NCBI GenBank assembly: GCA_965207735.1
Contig: OZ242296.1
Span: forward strand, 4,672,001 to 4,736,000
Reading direction: 5' to 3'
DNA length: 64,000 nt
From: Candidatus Versatilivorator sp.
GTDB lineage: Bacteria; Acidobacteriota; Terriglobia; Versatilivoradales; Versatilivoraceae
This document shows, in pieces, positions 49,987 through 59,299 of the stretch (the first letter of the stretch is position 1; each line of letters opens with the position of its first letter). A program made the position numbers and the translations under genes. Under the pieces are notes generated by a model. The model made no database searches. It saw only the letters and a list, made by a program, of their open reading frames with translations, and was not told where the DNA came from.

Positions 49987-52893
49987 CCGCTCTTTCTGCC
50001 GCAGGTTCCCGGGATCGTAAAAGGGCAGCTCCACCACCCGGGCCGTGAACAGCCAGCGGCCGCCGGTTCGGATGCGGACGGGCGTGCCGGGTGCGGACAG
50101 TTCCGGCTGTACGTAGGCCAGGCCGATGACCTGCTTCAGGGTGGGGCTGAAAGCGGCGCTGGTGACCCGGCCCGCAATCTCTCCCCCATGGATCACCAGC
50201 TCGCATTCCCGGGGCACGGGTCCCCCATAGGACTCGGGGAAGGCGAACCCCACCAAGCGGCGTTTGAGGGGCCTGGTCTTCAGAATGGAGAGGCTGCGCT
50301 GGCCCAGAAAGAAGGGTTTGTCGCCCTTGACCGCCCAGTCCATCCCCGCCTCGGCCGGATAGGAAAGCCCGTCCGAATCCTGGCCCATGATCAGGTGCCC
50401 CTTCTCCAGCCGCAGCAGGCGTTGGGCCTCCACGCCGAAGGGGCGAATGCCGGCGCCCCGCCCGGCCTCCAGGAGCCGGTCCCAGACCCCCACGGCGGCA
50501 TCGGCGGGCAGGTGGATCTCGTAGCCCCACTCGCCCACGAATCCGACTCGCAGGACGCGGGCGGGCGCCCCGGCAACCCGGCCCTGGCGAACGCCCAGGT
50601 AGGGGAAGGCCTCCGGATCCAGATCGATGTCGGTCAACGGTTGCAAGACCTCAAGGGATTGGGGGCCGGCCAGGTTCATGGCCCCGTAGGCGCCCGTCAG
50701 GTTGAGAACCATCACCTTTAGCGACCAGACCAAGGCCCAGCGGGTCATCTCCCGAGCAACCGCGTCGGAGGCCCCGCTGGTGGTGGTCACGTAGAAGCGG
50801 TCGGAGGCCAGCCGGGCCGCCACCCCGTCGTCCACCATCATGCCGCTCTCGTCGCACATCAGGAGATAGCGGCTTCTGCCTTCCTTCAGCTTGGCAAACC
50901 GACCCGTGTACATCCTCTCAATGAAGGCTACGGCGTCCGGGCCGCAGATTTCCAGCTTGCCCAGGGTGCCCACGTCCACCAGGCCCACCCGGCCGCGAAC
51001 AGCCTCGGCTTCCGCCTGGATGGCTGCCCTCCGGTCGGTTCCGGGGACCTGGTAGTATTCCGGCCGCAGCCAGCTTCCCGCAACCATGAAACGGGCGCCC
51101 AGTTGACGGTGGCGGGTATGGATGGGGGTTCGGCGTTGGGGGCTGAAGATGCGCCCGGCCAGATGGCTCAAGGGCACCGGGCTGGTGAAGGGCCGGGACG
51201 TGGTGAGTCCGGTCGACGCCAGCGATTTCCGCTTGAGGCGAGCCAGGATGCGGCTGCCATTGAGGTTGGAGTGCTTGCCCTGGCTGGGTCCCATGCCCAG
51301 GGTCGAGTAGCGTTTCAGCAGCTCGGCGCTGTCGAATCCCTCCTGGATGCTGTGCCGAATGTCATCCAGCTGGATGTCCTCGTCCAAGTCCACGAAAACC
51401 TTGCCGCGTGGGTGGGGAACCACCGGGTAGGGGTGGCTGAAGGCCGGCCCCCGGCGTGGGGGCTCCGCCGGCGCTTCGGAACCGGCTTTCCCCAAAAAGG
51501 TTGCCGCCTGGCGGCCGGCGCGTCGGCCGTCCTCTAGCTGATCTTCCAGGGCATAGACCCCGTTGACCCGTCCGGCGGCAAAGACCCCGGCCGGCAGTTG
51601 GTCCGGGACATACTGTTCCAGACGTTCATCGTAGGCCATGCGGGCTCCGGCTTGCCGGAGGATGCCGTCGGCAGGGGCCCATCCCACACTCATGGCGATG
51701 CCGTCGCAGGCAATGGGCTCGGATTGTTCGGTCAGGGCCTCGCCGCGGCCATCCAGAGAACAGAGCCGGGCTCCGCGGATGGCTCGCTTGCCGGGAGCCG
51801 TCAGGGCTTCATGGACGGCGGTGCCGTGGCGAATGGGGATCCCGAGGCCGACCACTTCCTTTCTCCAGCCTGAAGTCTCCCCTTGCGGGCGCAGATCGGA
51901 GACCAGCGCCACCCTCACCCCGGCCCGGTGCAGGTCGACCGCCGCCCGGTAACCGTCGGAGTTGGCCGCCAACACCACCGCTTGCCGGAAGGGCTTTACC
52001 GCATACTGGTGGATCAGACGCTGCGCCGCCGAGGCCAGCATGACTCCGGGGAGGTCGTTGTTGCGAAATACGGCGGGTTGGTCGTAACAGCCGGCCGCCA
52101 CCACCAGGCCGCCGGCACGCAGCTTGGTTAGCCGCCGGGAGTCGAACAGGGATACCCAGCGGTCGGCGTAGCAGCCGGCGGCGGTAGTTCCGGTGCGCAA
52201 TTCCAGGTTGGGCAGGGACTCGGCCTTGTCCAGCAGTTCTTCCAACAGGCCCCCGGCTTTCGGCTCTCCAGGCAACTGGAACGCCAGGCTCCCGCCCGGC
52301 CGGCGATCCTCTTCCACCAACAGGACCTTCAACCCCAGCTCGGCCGCCGCGATGGCCGCCGAGAGGCCGGCGGGGCCGGAGCCCACCACCAGCAGATCGC
52401 AGAAGTCGTAGCGCTTGGGGGTCGGTTCCAGCGGCTGATCCGGCTGGATGTTGCCCAGCCCGGCAATACGGCGCATGCGGCGCTCGAAAAAGGGAAAGAG
52501 TGCGCGGGGTCGGTGGAAGGCCTTGTAGTAGAAGCCAACCGGAAGGAAGGCTGAAAAGAGCTCGGTGAAGCGGTAGAGGTCCGACTGCACGCCTCCCCAG
52601 GTATTGACCGCCCTTACCTTCAGCCCCGGCTCGATGGGGGCGGTGTCCATCCTCAGGTTGGTCGAGTCCCGACTTTCGGCCAGGGCGTTGCAGTCCAGAC
52701 CGCACAAGCTGAAGATGCCGCGGGGCCGATGGTACTTGAAGCTGCGTCCCAGCACCCGCACGCCCGAGGCCCACAGGGCCGTGCTGAGGGTGTCCCCCCG
52801 AAATCCCTGGTAGCGGCGGCCTTCAAAGGAGAAGCCGACCGGCTGCTCCCGATCGATTCGTTCACCGGGTTGGGGGCCGAGGCGTTCACTCAT
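49978..52893 (-). CDS. soxA: sarcosine oxidase alpha-like subunit (N-methylglutamate dehydrogenase MgdC)
   Basis: RSFKYHRPRG, VGSGPAG, LKRYSTLGMGPSQGK, plus a GcvT-like C-terminal domain. Confidence 0.92.
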   Translation of the reverse strand: MSERLGPQPGERIDREQPVGFSFEGRRYQGFRGDTLSTALWASGVRVLGRSFKYHRPRGIFSLCGLDCNALAESRDSTNLRMDTAPIEPGLKVRAVNTWGGVQSDLYRFTELFSAFLPVGFYYKAFHRPRALFPFFERRMRRIAGLGNIQPDQPLEPTPKRYDFCDLLVVGSGPAGLSAAIAAAELGLKVLLVEEDRRPGGSLAFQLPGEPKAGGLLEELLDKAESLPNLELRTGTTAAGCYADRWVSLFDSRRLTKLRAGGLVVAAGCYDQPAVFRNNDLPGVMLASAAQRLIHQYAVKPFRQAVVLAANSDGYRAAVDLHRAGVRVALVSDLRPQGETSGWRKEVVGLGIPIRHGTAVHEALTAPGKRAIRGARLCSLDGRGEALTEQSEPIACDGIAMSVGWAPADGILRQAGARMAYDERLEQYVPDQLPAGVFAAGRVNGVYALEDQLEDGRRAGRQAATFLGKAGSEAPAEPPRRGPAFSHPYPVVPHPRGKVFVDLDEDIQLDDIRHSIQEGFDSAELLKRYSTLGMGPSQGKHSNLNGSRILARLKRKSLASTGLTTSRPFTSPVPLSHLAGRIFSPQRRTPIHTRHRQLGARFMVAGSWLRPEYYQVPGTDRRAAIQAEAEAVRGRVGLVDVGTLGKLEICGPDAVAFIERMYTGRFAKLKEGRSRYLLMCDESGMMVDDGVAARLASDRFYVTTTSGASDAVAREMTRWALVWSLKVMVLNLTGAYGAMNLAGPQSLEVLQPLTDIDLDPEAFPYLGVRQGRVAGAPARVLRVGFVGEWGYEIHLPADAAVGVWDRLLEAGRGAGIRPFGVEAQRLLRLEKGHLIMGQDSDGLSYPAEAGMDWAVKGDKPFFLGQRSLSILKTRPLKRRLVGFAFPESYGGPVPRECELVIHGGEIAGRVTSAAFSPTLKQVIGLAYVQPELSAPGTPVRIRTGGRWLFTARVVELPFYDPGNLRQKERIV

Positions 52894-53152
52894 GGTGGTC
52901 ATCTTCCCCATACAGGTAGGTTCGCAGGATCTCGTCGCTGGAGGTGTTGCGTTCGGCGATGAACCAGACGCCGCTGGCCAGGTGGCACCACCACTCCTTC
53001 TTGACGGCGGCGGCCCCGGAGCGGTGGAACACGTAGCCGGCCCACTGCCGGTCGGAGCATTCACCGGGCGGGGGCATCGGCCGGAAGGTGCCGCCGTAGG
53101 AAAACTCCTGAACGGGCCGCCAGCCGTTGACGGGGCAATGCATCAGCTTCAT
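52886..53152 (-). CDS. soxD: sarcosine oxidase delta-like subunit (MgdB)
   Basis: CPVNGWRPVQEF, EWWCH, ERNT. Confidence 0.9.
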   Translation of the reverse strand: MKLMHCPVNGWRPVQEFSYGGTFRPMPPPGECSDRQWAGYVFHRSGAAAVKKEWWCHLASGVWFIAERNTSSDEILRTYLYGEDDHHE

Positions 53153-53183
53153 CTGCCGTAATCCTCAGGTCCGCTGGAAGCCG

Positions 53184-54425
53184 TCAGTGCCCGACCGAGG
53201 CCGCTCCCTTTTCGCCCACCAGATCGAACTCCTCGAATCGGGAGAGTCGAAAGGGCACGATCAGGGGATGGGGCCGGTCGGTGGCCAGGGTGTGGGCCAT
53301 GGTCTTGCCGCATACCGGGGTTGCCTTGAATCCCCAGGTGCCCCAGCCGGCGTCCAGGTAGAGTCCTTCCACCGGGGTCTTCCCCATGATGGGGGAGAAA
53401 TCGGGAGTCATGTCAGCCAGGCCTGCCCACTGGCGCAGCACCCGCACCTGGCCCAGGAAGGGGAACAGCTCCAGAAGGTGTCCCGCCAGGCCCTCCACGA
53501 AATCCAGGGTCGAGCGGGTGGAGTGCAGCTCGTAGGGGTCCAGAGCGGCTCCCATGACCAGCTCGCCGCGGGACGACTGGCTGACGTAGAGGTGCAGGTT
53601 GGCCGAAACGATGATGGTGTCCAGCCAGGGCTTCAAGGGCTCGCTCACGCAGGCCTGCAGGGGGTGCACCTCCAGCGGCGTGCGAACGCCCACCATCTCC
53701 ATCACAGCCGGCGTGTATCCGGCCACCGCCGACAGGACCTTGCCGGTTTCGACAAACCCCCGGTTGGTTTCCACCCCGGCCACCCGCCCGCCCTGGACAC
53801 GGATCCCGGTGACCTCGGTCTGCTGGTGGATCTCGACGCCTCTTTGGCTAGCGGCGCGGCCATACCCCCAGGCCACCGCATCGTGGCGTGCGATGGCTCC
53901 GGGAGGGTGGTAGAGGGCTCCCAGCACCGGGGTATGCCCACCACAGCTGAGGTCCAGTTGGGGGCATTCCCGGCGGATCACCTCCGGCCCCACCAGTTCG
54001 CTGTCCACCCCCAGGTGCTTGTTGACCTCGGCCCGCCAGCGCATGGTCCGCAGGGTGGCGTCGCTGTGGGCCAGGGTGAAATGCCCCCTGCGGGAATAGA
54101 AGAGGTTCAAGTCCAGGTCGGCCGACAGATCCTGAAACAGGCGCAGGCTCTCGTCGTAGAACCGAACGCCCTCGGCCGTCAGGTAGTTGGAACGGATGAT
54201 GGCGGTGTTGCGTCCGGTTCCGCCGGCGCCCAGGTAGCTTTTCTCCAGGACGGCCACCTCCCGGATTCCGTGGTCCCGGGCCAGGTAGTAGGCGGCCGCC
54301 AGGCCATGTCCACCGGCCCCGATGATGACGGCGTCGTAGTGGGGCTTCAGCCGGTCGGGGCAACGGAACATGCGCGGTTCCGGATAGCGCCGGCTCATTC
54401 CGAATCGTAGCAAACCAAAGGGCAT
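53184..54425 (-). CDS. soxB: sarcosine oxidase beta-like FAD oxidoreductase (MgdA)
   Basis: IGAGGHG, GRNTAIIRSNY, WGTWGFKATP. Confidence 0.92.
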   Translation of the reverse strand: MPFGLLRFGMSRRYPEPRMFRCPDRLKPHYDAVIIGAGGHGLAAAYYLARDHGIREVAVLEKSYLGAGGTGRNTAIIRSNYLTAEGVRFYDESLRLFQDLSADLDLNLFYSRRGHFTLAHSDATLRTMRWRAEVNKHLGVDSELVGPEVIRRECPQLDLSCGGHTPVLGALYHPPGAIARHDAVAWGYGRAASQRGVEIHQQTEVTGIRVQGGRVAGVETNRGFVETGKVLSAVAGYTPAVMEMVGVRTPLEVHPLQACVSEPLKPWLDTIIVSANLHLYVSQSSRGELVMGAALDPYELHSTRSTLDFVEGLAGHLLELFPFLGQVRVLRQWAGLADMTPDFSPIMGKTPVEGLYLDAGWGTWGFKATPVCGKTMAHTLATDRPHPLIVPFRLSRFEEFDLVGEKGAASVGH

Positions 54426-54462
54426 GAAGTTATCCGGCGTGCGCTCCTTCGGGGCGGGGGCA

Positions 54463-54716
54463 CCACTGGCCTGAAACAACCCTGTGTCGCCGGTTCTGAG
54501 CCGCCTCGTCGTATGGGACGGCGGCGCAACCAAGTGAAAAGTGCAAAGTGAATAGTGGAGAGTGGAGAGCTATTTGATCGACCGGCACAGCATCTTGCCG
54601 GTATCGGTTCAGTCCTACAAATTAGCTCAGTCAGTTCATCAGGTGCTTGCCTGTTCCCGAAACGCTCGGCTGAGCACTCTCCACTCTCCACTGGCCTGAA
54701 ACAGCGGTGTTTCAGG
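54463..54716. repeat. heptamer inverted-repeat module bounded by 16-bp direct repeats related to the IS110 right end
   Basis: CCACTGGCCTGAAACA at 54463 and 54688; AGTGNAN tandem at 54533-54569 against CACTCTC tandem at 54675-54692; palindrome CCTGAAACA-GCGG-TGTTTCAGG. Confidence 0.7.
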
Positions 54717-54876
54717 TAGCTCCTGCCGCGCCCTACCGGGCGGATCATACATAGAGTGAAACAATCAGAAATCGATAGTCTCTTCGTGAACTTGGTATCC
54801 CGTCGCGGTCAACCTCAGCGCCTTAGTGGCCCTTCGTCGTTCTTCGTGCCCCTTCGTGGATAAGTCTTTTTCTTTT

Positions 54877-56363
54877 GAGCCTTTTGCAAAATTCGGAATC
54901 GGGCATGACATTGGGCTGGCAACAGTGATGTTCCGGCGGTGACTACCCAGCTGCAAAGACCCTTTTGAAGGAAAAAGCCCGAATCTGATGGCCGGATGGC
55001 CAGCGGTCGCCGGACGCAGGCACAGCTTACCCTCTCCCGGCCTTGAGGCGGGCGAACCTGCTGTGCGGTTGGGGGTGGCAACCCGGTCTTCAGAGCGTCA
55101 GGCGCATCAACTGATCCACCGTCAGGGCCAGAATGCCGAACATCAGGTGGCACCTCACCTTGTCGGGGCCGCGAACCCTCACCTGCCTCCCGCCAAACTC
55201 CTCCTTGAGCCGTCCGTTGACCCGCTCCACCGTCGAGCGTTCCCGGTAGCGCCGCGCCTCGGGAGTCACTTGGCCGATACAGCGCCGGGCCAGTGCCTCC
55301 CGCTTCCGCTCGGCTTTCAAGGTAGCTCTTCGGCGGGGGTTGACGTCAATAATCGGCACATGCCCCAGCTTCTCACTGAAGGCCCGGATCTCCGGCGCAT
55401 CGTAGGCGCTGTCCATCAAGTCGTAGAGACTCTCGACCCGCCTTGCCGTCAGCGTCGCCAGCGGAATGGCTGCCTGAGAGTCATGCACCGAGGCCGAGGT
55501 CAGCAGACAACTGACCGGAATCCCGCCGTCAATGGCGTCGAGGTGTAGCTTGTAGCCGGTCCAGCTCTCCTGATGCCCCTTGGCGTTGCGCTTGACGCCG
55601 ATGTCGCAGGCCTTGGGCAACTCCTTCAACATTTCCTCCAGCGTCATCGACCCCTGCCGCTCCAGCCGGCTCAACCGCTTGGGCCGTCGCTCGCCCTTCG
55701 GCGGCCGGCCCCGCCGGCGTTTCCGCTTGGCCTCCGGCGCAGCCTTGGCCGCTGGCTTTTCCCGTCCCGCAATCGCCGTCGAGTCCCTCGACACATGCCC
55801 CGCCAAGTGGCCCTTCAGCGTCTCCTCCAGCAATGCCTCGTGCAAACGCCCCGGCAGGTCGCTCTCAGCGAATTCCGCAAAGGCCCGCGAGAAGGTCGAC
55901 TCGCTCGGTACCTCCCACGCCCTCTCCCAGCCGCACAGCCGCCGCAGCCTCCCCTCACTCCTCAGCCGCTCCACCAATCCCCGCGTGGTCGCCACCTCCA
56001 GCATCGACTTCGCCAGATAGGCTCGCGCCAGCACTGCCCGATCCTCCAGCGGCCGGCCACGCCAGCCCCGACTGTAAGGCAGCAACTCCTCCACCCGCAC
56101 CAACTCCAATACCTGCACCAGCCGCTGGTAACGCTCTCCCAGAGGCCCCAAAACTTCCTCCAGCAGGGGAAACAGCTCTCGTTGAAACCGGAACCAGTGT
56201 CGTGATAGGGTTTCCCTAAGGGGCAAGTTCCACCTCCGTTCATCATGTGGTTCAGACACCTTCATGATACAACAGACAGTGGTCTTGCCCCTCCTTCCAC
56301 CTGCCCTCCTTGATCTTTCCCCACGTGAAAATTCCCGCTATCTGCGAATTTTGCAAAAGGCTC
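54877..56363 (-). mobile_element. insertion sequence, IS1182/IS5-like, copy 2
   Basis: Same 19-bp inverted repeats as copy 1, TTTT flanks and identical ORF translations. Confidence 0.92.
55090..56265 (-). CDS. DDE transposase (IS1182/IS5-like)
   Basis: Protein identical to that at 7265-8440. Confidence 0.92.
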   Translation of the reverse strand: MKVSEPHDERRWNLPLRETLSRHWFRFQRELFPLLEEVLGPLGERYQRLVQVLELVRVEELLPYSRGWRGRPLEDRAVLARAYLAKSMLEVATTRGLVERLRSEGRLRRLCGWERAWEVPSESTFSRAFAEFAESDLPGRLHEALLEETLKGHLAGHVSRDSTAIAGREKPAAKAAPEAKRKRRRGRPPKGERRPKRLSRLERQGSMTLEEMLKELPKACDIGVKRNAKGHQESWTGYKLHLDAIDGGIPVSCLLTSASVHDSQAAIPLATLTARRVESLYDLMDSAYDAPEIRAFSEKLGHVPIIDVNPRRRATLKAERKREALARRCIGQVTPEARRYRERSTVERVNGRLKEEFGGRQVRVRGPDKVRCHLMFGILALTVDQLMRLTL

Positions 56364-56443
56364 TTTTGTCTTTTTTCGTTTGTTTCAGGCGAGTCCCGCC
56401 CCCGCCCCCCACGACGGGGCGGATCATTCGAGGGTGAAACAAC

Positions 56444-56640
56444 GGATCATTGTGAAAGAATAAGCACCTGGCGAGACTCCGGCAGCTACGCCCCGTTTCA
56501 GCATTGGTGCCCCGTGCCCCAAGGCAAGTCTGGGTCCGAGCAGGTCATCATTCATTAGTGAGGCTTCCCGGGAAGTTCTCCTCAAGGCAAGAATCCGAAC
56601 GACCACGCCAACTCGGGCCGGAGCCCTCGCTCTCGAGGAG
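56444..56640 (+). ncRNA. candidate bridge RNA of the IS110 element
   Basis: About 200 nt of non-coding sequence upstream of the recombinase, with hairpins and two CAAGGCAAG motifs matching the element end. Boundaries are inferred. Confidence 0.5.
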
Positions 56641-56649
56641 GCCAATCTC

Positions 56650-58044
56650 ATGCAAAAGAGCAGGAAAGTCAACACGAAGGCGAAGAAGAAGCGCAGCCGT
56701 TCGACGGCCTTGTCGCGGATCCACCCCGAGGTGGCAGGGATCGACCTGGGGAGTCGGGAGCACTGGGTGTGCGCTCCGGAGGTAACCCCAGGGAAGCCGA
56801 ACGTGCGCACCTTCGGCACCACCATGCCGCAGTTGCAGCATCTGGCCGACTGGTTGCTGGAACAAGGGGTGGAGTCGGTGGCGATGGAGAGCACCAACGT
56901 GTATTGGATTCCCCTCTACGAACTGCTGGAGTCCTGCGGCATCGAGGTGCTGCTGGTCAACGCCCGGCAGTTGCGCTACGTTCCGGGCCGCAAGACCGAC
57001 ATGCGGGACTGCCAGTGGATCCAGTTGCTGCACAGCTGCGGCTTGCTGCGGGGATCCTTCCGTCCGCACGAGGCGATCGTCCGGGTTCGGACCCTGCACC
57101 GGCAACTGAGCACTCTGGGGGCCGAGAGTACCCGCTTTGTGCAGTGGATGCAGAAGGCGCTGGATCAGATGAACGTCCAGATCCATCGTGCGGTCACCGA
57201 TCTGACCGGTCAGACGGGGATGGCGATCGTGCGGGCGATTGTCGACGGCGAACGGGACCCGGTCCGTCTGGCGGGTCTGCGGGACCGACGGTGCAAGAAG
57301 TCCAGCCGGGAGTTTGCCGAGCACCTCACGGGCAACTGGCGCGACGAGCATCTGTTCAACCTCAAGTCGGCGCTGAAGCTCTACGACATGACTCAACGCG
57401 AGATTGCGGCCTATGAGGCCCGCATTCTGGAGGAAATCCAAGCGCTGCAACCGGTGGAGCGCCGCGACCAGCCCGTGCCGAAGCATCCCAATGCGATCAA
57501 GGAAAAGGCGATTAGCCGCCGAGGCGGGCACCACCTGCGCACCGAACTGTGGCGCTTTGCCGGGGTCGATCTGACGCGCATCGACGGCATCGGCACCGAA
57601 GCGGCCCTGACCCTGCTGACTGAGGCCGGCCTCGACCTGACGGCCTTCCCCTCGGAGAAGCACTTTGTATCCTGGCTGCGCCTGGCTCCAAAAACGGCCG
57701 TCTCCGCAGGCAAGCCGCTCCACTACAAGAAGGCCAACAGCACCGGGTCTACTCGCGCCGCCGCCGTCCTGCGCATGGCAGCCGTCTCTCTGAAGCACTC
57801 CAAGACCGCTCTGGGGGCCGCCTTCCGTCGCAAGGCCCGCCACAAGGGATGGACCGTCGCCGTCTTCTCCATGGCCCGCCGGCTGGCCGTTCTCGTCTAC
57901 CGCATGCTGCGCTACGGCCAGGACTACATCGACATCGGGGAAGCGTGCTACGAAGACCGGTTCCGGAGACGCCGCCTCGCGGGCCTCAAAGATGCTGCTA
58001 AGTCTCTTGGTTTCAACCTAGTTCCACAAATCGCAGCCGCTTGA
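56650..58044 (+). CDS. IS110 family transposase (DEDD recombinase)
   Basis: GIDLG, AMEST, KTDMRD, IDGIG, SAGK; GAGGAGG RBS. Confidence 0.95.
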   Translation: MQKSRKVNTKAKKKRSRSTALSRIHPEVAGIDLGSREHWVCAPEVTPGKPNVRTFGTTMPQLQHLADWLLEQGVESVAMESTNVYWIPLYELLESCGIEVLLVNARQLRYVPGRKTDMRDCQWIQLLHSCGLLRGSFRPHEAIVRVRTLHRQLSTLGAESTRFVQWMQKALDQMNVQIHRAVTDLTGQTGMAIVRAIVDGERDPVRLAGLRDRRCKKSSREFAEHLTGNWRDEHLFNLKSALKLYDMTQREIAAYEARILEEIQALQPVERRDQPVPKHPNAIKEKAISRRGGHHLRTELWRFAGVDLTRIDGIGTEAALTLLTEAGLDLTAFPSEKHFVSWLRLAPKTAVSAGKPLHYKKANSTGSTRAAAVLRMAAVSLKHSKTALGAAFRRKARHKGWTVAVFSMARRLAVLVYRMLRYGQDYIDIGEACYEDRFRRRRLAGLKDAAKSLGFNLVPQIAAA

Positions 58045-58073
58045 ACTGCGGGGTTGTTTCAGGCAAGCTCAGC

Positions 58074-59237
58074 TCAGGAAATCATCACGGTCCGCGCGAA
58101 CTGGGAGTTGTCCTCCCAGTAGGTCTTCTTCAGCTCCAGATCTCCGGCTTCGGGCTGAACCCTGCCGTAGGCATCGATGGCCCTCGACACGATGGTGTGG
58201 GTTCCCGGGGTGACGTCTTCCCAAAGGCAGGTAAAGAGCTTCCAGGAATGGGCCGTGGAATGCCGGTCGACGGCGGCCGGTCGCCAGGGCCCCCCGTCGA
58301 TCTTGACCTCAACGGCCTTCAGGGGCGTGCCGTCGTTGAGCGCGAACCCCAGGATCCTGCAGCGGGAGCCGCTGCGGGTCACCCGGGCCACCATGGACTT
58401 CAGGCGCATGCGGCTGACCGAGGTTTCATTCCAGATGGCGCCTTTTCCGTCAGGCATGCCCCGCAGGGTGACATACTCGCGGGCCATGTACTTCCCCATG
58501 AAGCGCCGGTCCTGCACGTGGATGTGGGTCAGCCACTTGACGTTGGCCACTCCGTACCAGCCGGGCACGATCAGGCGGGCCGGGGCGCCCTGATAGTGGG
58601 AGAGCGGCTCGCCGTTCATCTCGTAGGCCACCAGCACTTCCGATTTCATGGCGTCCGCCAGGGCCAGGCTCCTTCCGAAGGATTGCTCCACGTTGACCGT
58701 GGTTCCGCCGTGATAGATCTCCTCGGTCCCCTTGTCCGCCCCCCAGAAAACGACTTCTCGGGCGTAGGCCTTGATTCCCGCCTCCTTGAGCAGGCTGGTC
58801 AGGCTGACCCCAACCCAGCGGGCGTTGCCCACCAGCCCGTTGATTCTGCGGGGGCTGTTCCCGGAGCACTCGAACCCCGCCGTGTGGGTGGACCGCGGCC
58901 GCCCCCTCAGCTCCTCCAGAGTCAGTTCCCGGGGGGAATCCACCAGCCCGTCGATGCGGAGACGGTAGCCGGCCGGGTCCACGGTCGGCTGGCCGTAATG
59001 CTGGACGGTGAAGAACCGGTTGGCGGGAGTCAGAAAGCTCTGAATCTTGCGCGTGTCCAGATAGCGAACGCCGGGCCGGGGATTGGGATTGAAATCGGCC
59101 GGGAAATCGGTGAAGGGGACCACCGTCTCGTCCGCCTCCAGGGGAGGCAGCCCCAGTGTAAGAATCGCCGAGGCGGCCCATCCGGCCAAGGCGGCGCTCC
59201 CTTGCAACAGATGTCTGCGGCTGATGCTTCTTGGCAT
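58074..59237 (-). CDS. Tat-exported sulfite oxidase-like molybdopterin oxidoreductase
   Basis: SRRHLL, ECSGN, GNARWVG, YEMNGEPL, PGWYGVANVKWL. Confidence 0.9.
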   Translation of the reverse strand: MPRSISRRHLLQGSAALAGWAASAILTLGLPPLEADETVVPFTDFPADFNPNPRPGVRYLDTRKIQSFLTPANRFFTVQHYGQPTVDPAGYRLRIDGLVDSPRELTLEELRGRPRSTHTAGFECSGNSPRRINGLVGNARWVGVSLTSLLKEAGIKAYAREVVFWGADKGTEEIYHGGTTVNVEQSFGRSLALADAMKSEVLVAYEMNGEPLSHYQGAPARLIVPGWYGVANVKWLTHIHVQDRRFMGKYMAREYVTLRGMPDGKGAIWNETSVSRMRLKSMVARVTRSGSRCRILGFALNDGTPLKAVEVKIDGGPWRPAAVDRHSTAHSWKLFTCLWEDVTPGTHTIVSRAIDAYGRVQPEAGDLELKKTYWEDNSQFARTVMIS

Positions 59238-59299
59238 TTCACTCCTCCATGTCGGCGGGAAACGCCCGCCTCCCGATGCTACTCGAAATACGGGCAATT

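Larger units (their letters stand above)
54720..56393 (+). mobile_element. IS110-end element E7, interrupted by IS copy 2 and abutting the IS110
   Basis: GGGCGGATCATACATAGAGTGAAACAATC ... TTGTTTCAGGCGAG. Confidence 0.8.
56394..58067 (+). mobile_element. IS110-family element (about 1674 bp) with a long left non-coding end
   Basis: AG at both inferred borders; internal TGAAACAAC / GTTGTTTCA inverted motif; ends shared with the mini-elements. Confidence 0.8.

Noticed and set aside
56424-58065. Alternative IS110 boundary with a CA core (GGATCA...GGCA), excluding the GC hairpin
   Set aside because: It does not restore the soxA/soxG overlap at E6, and the hairpin accompanies every intact left end. 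Less favoured but not formally excluded.
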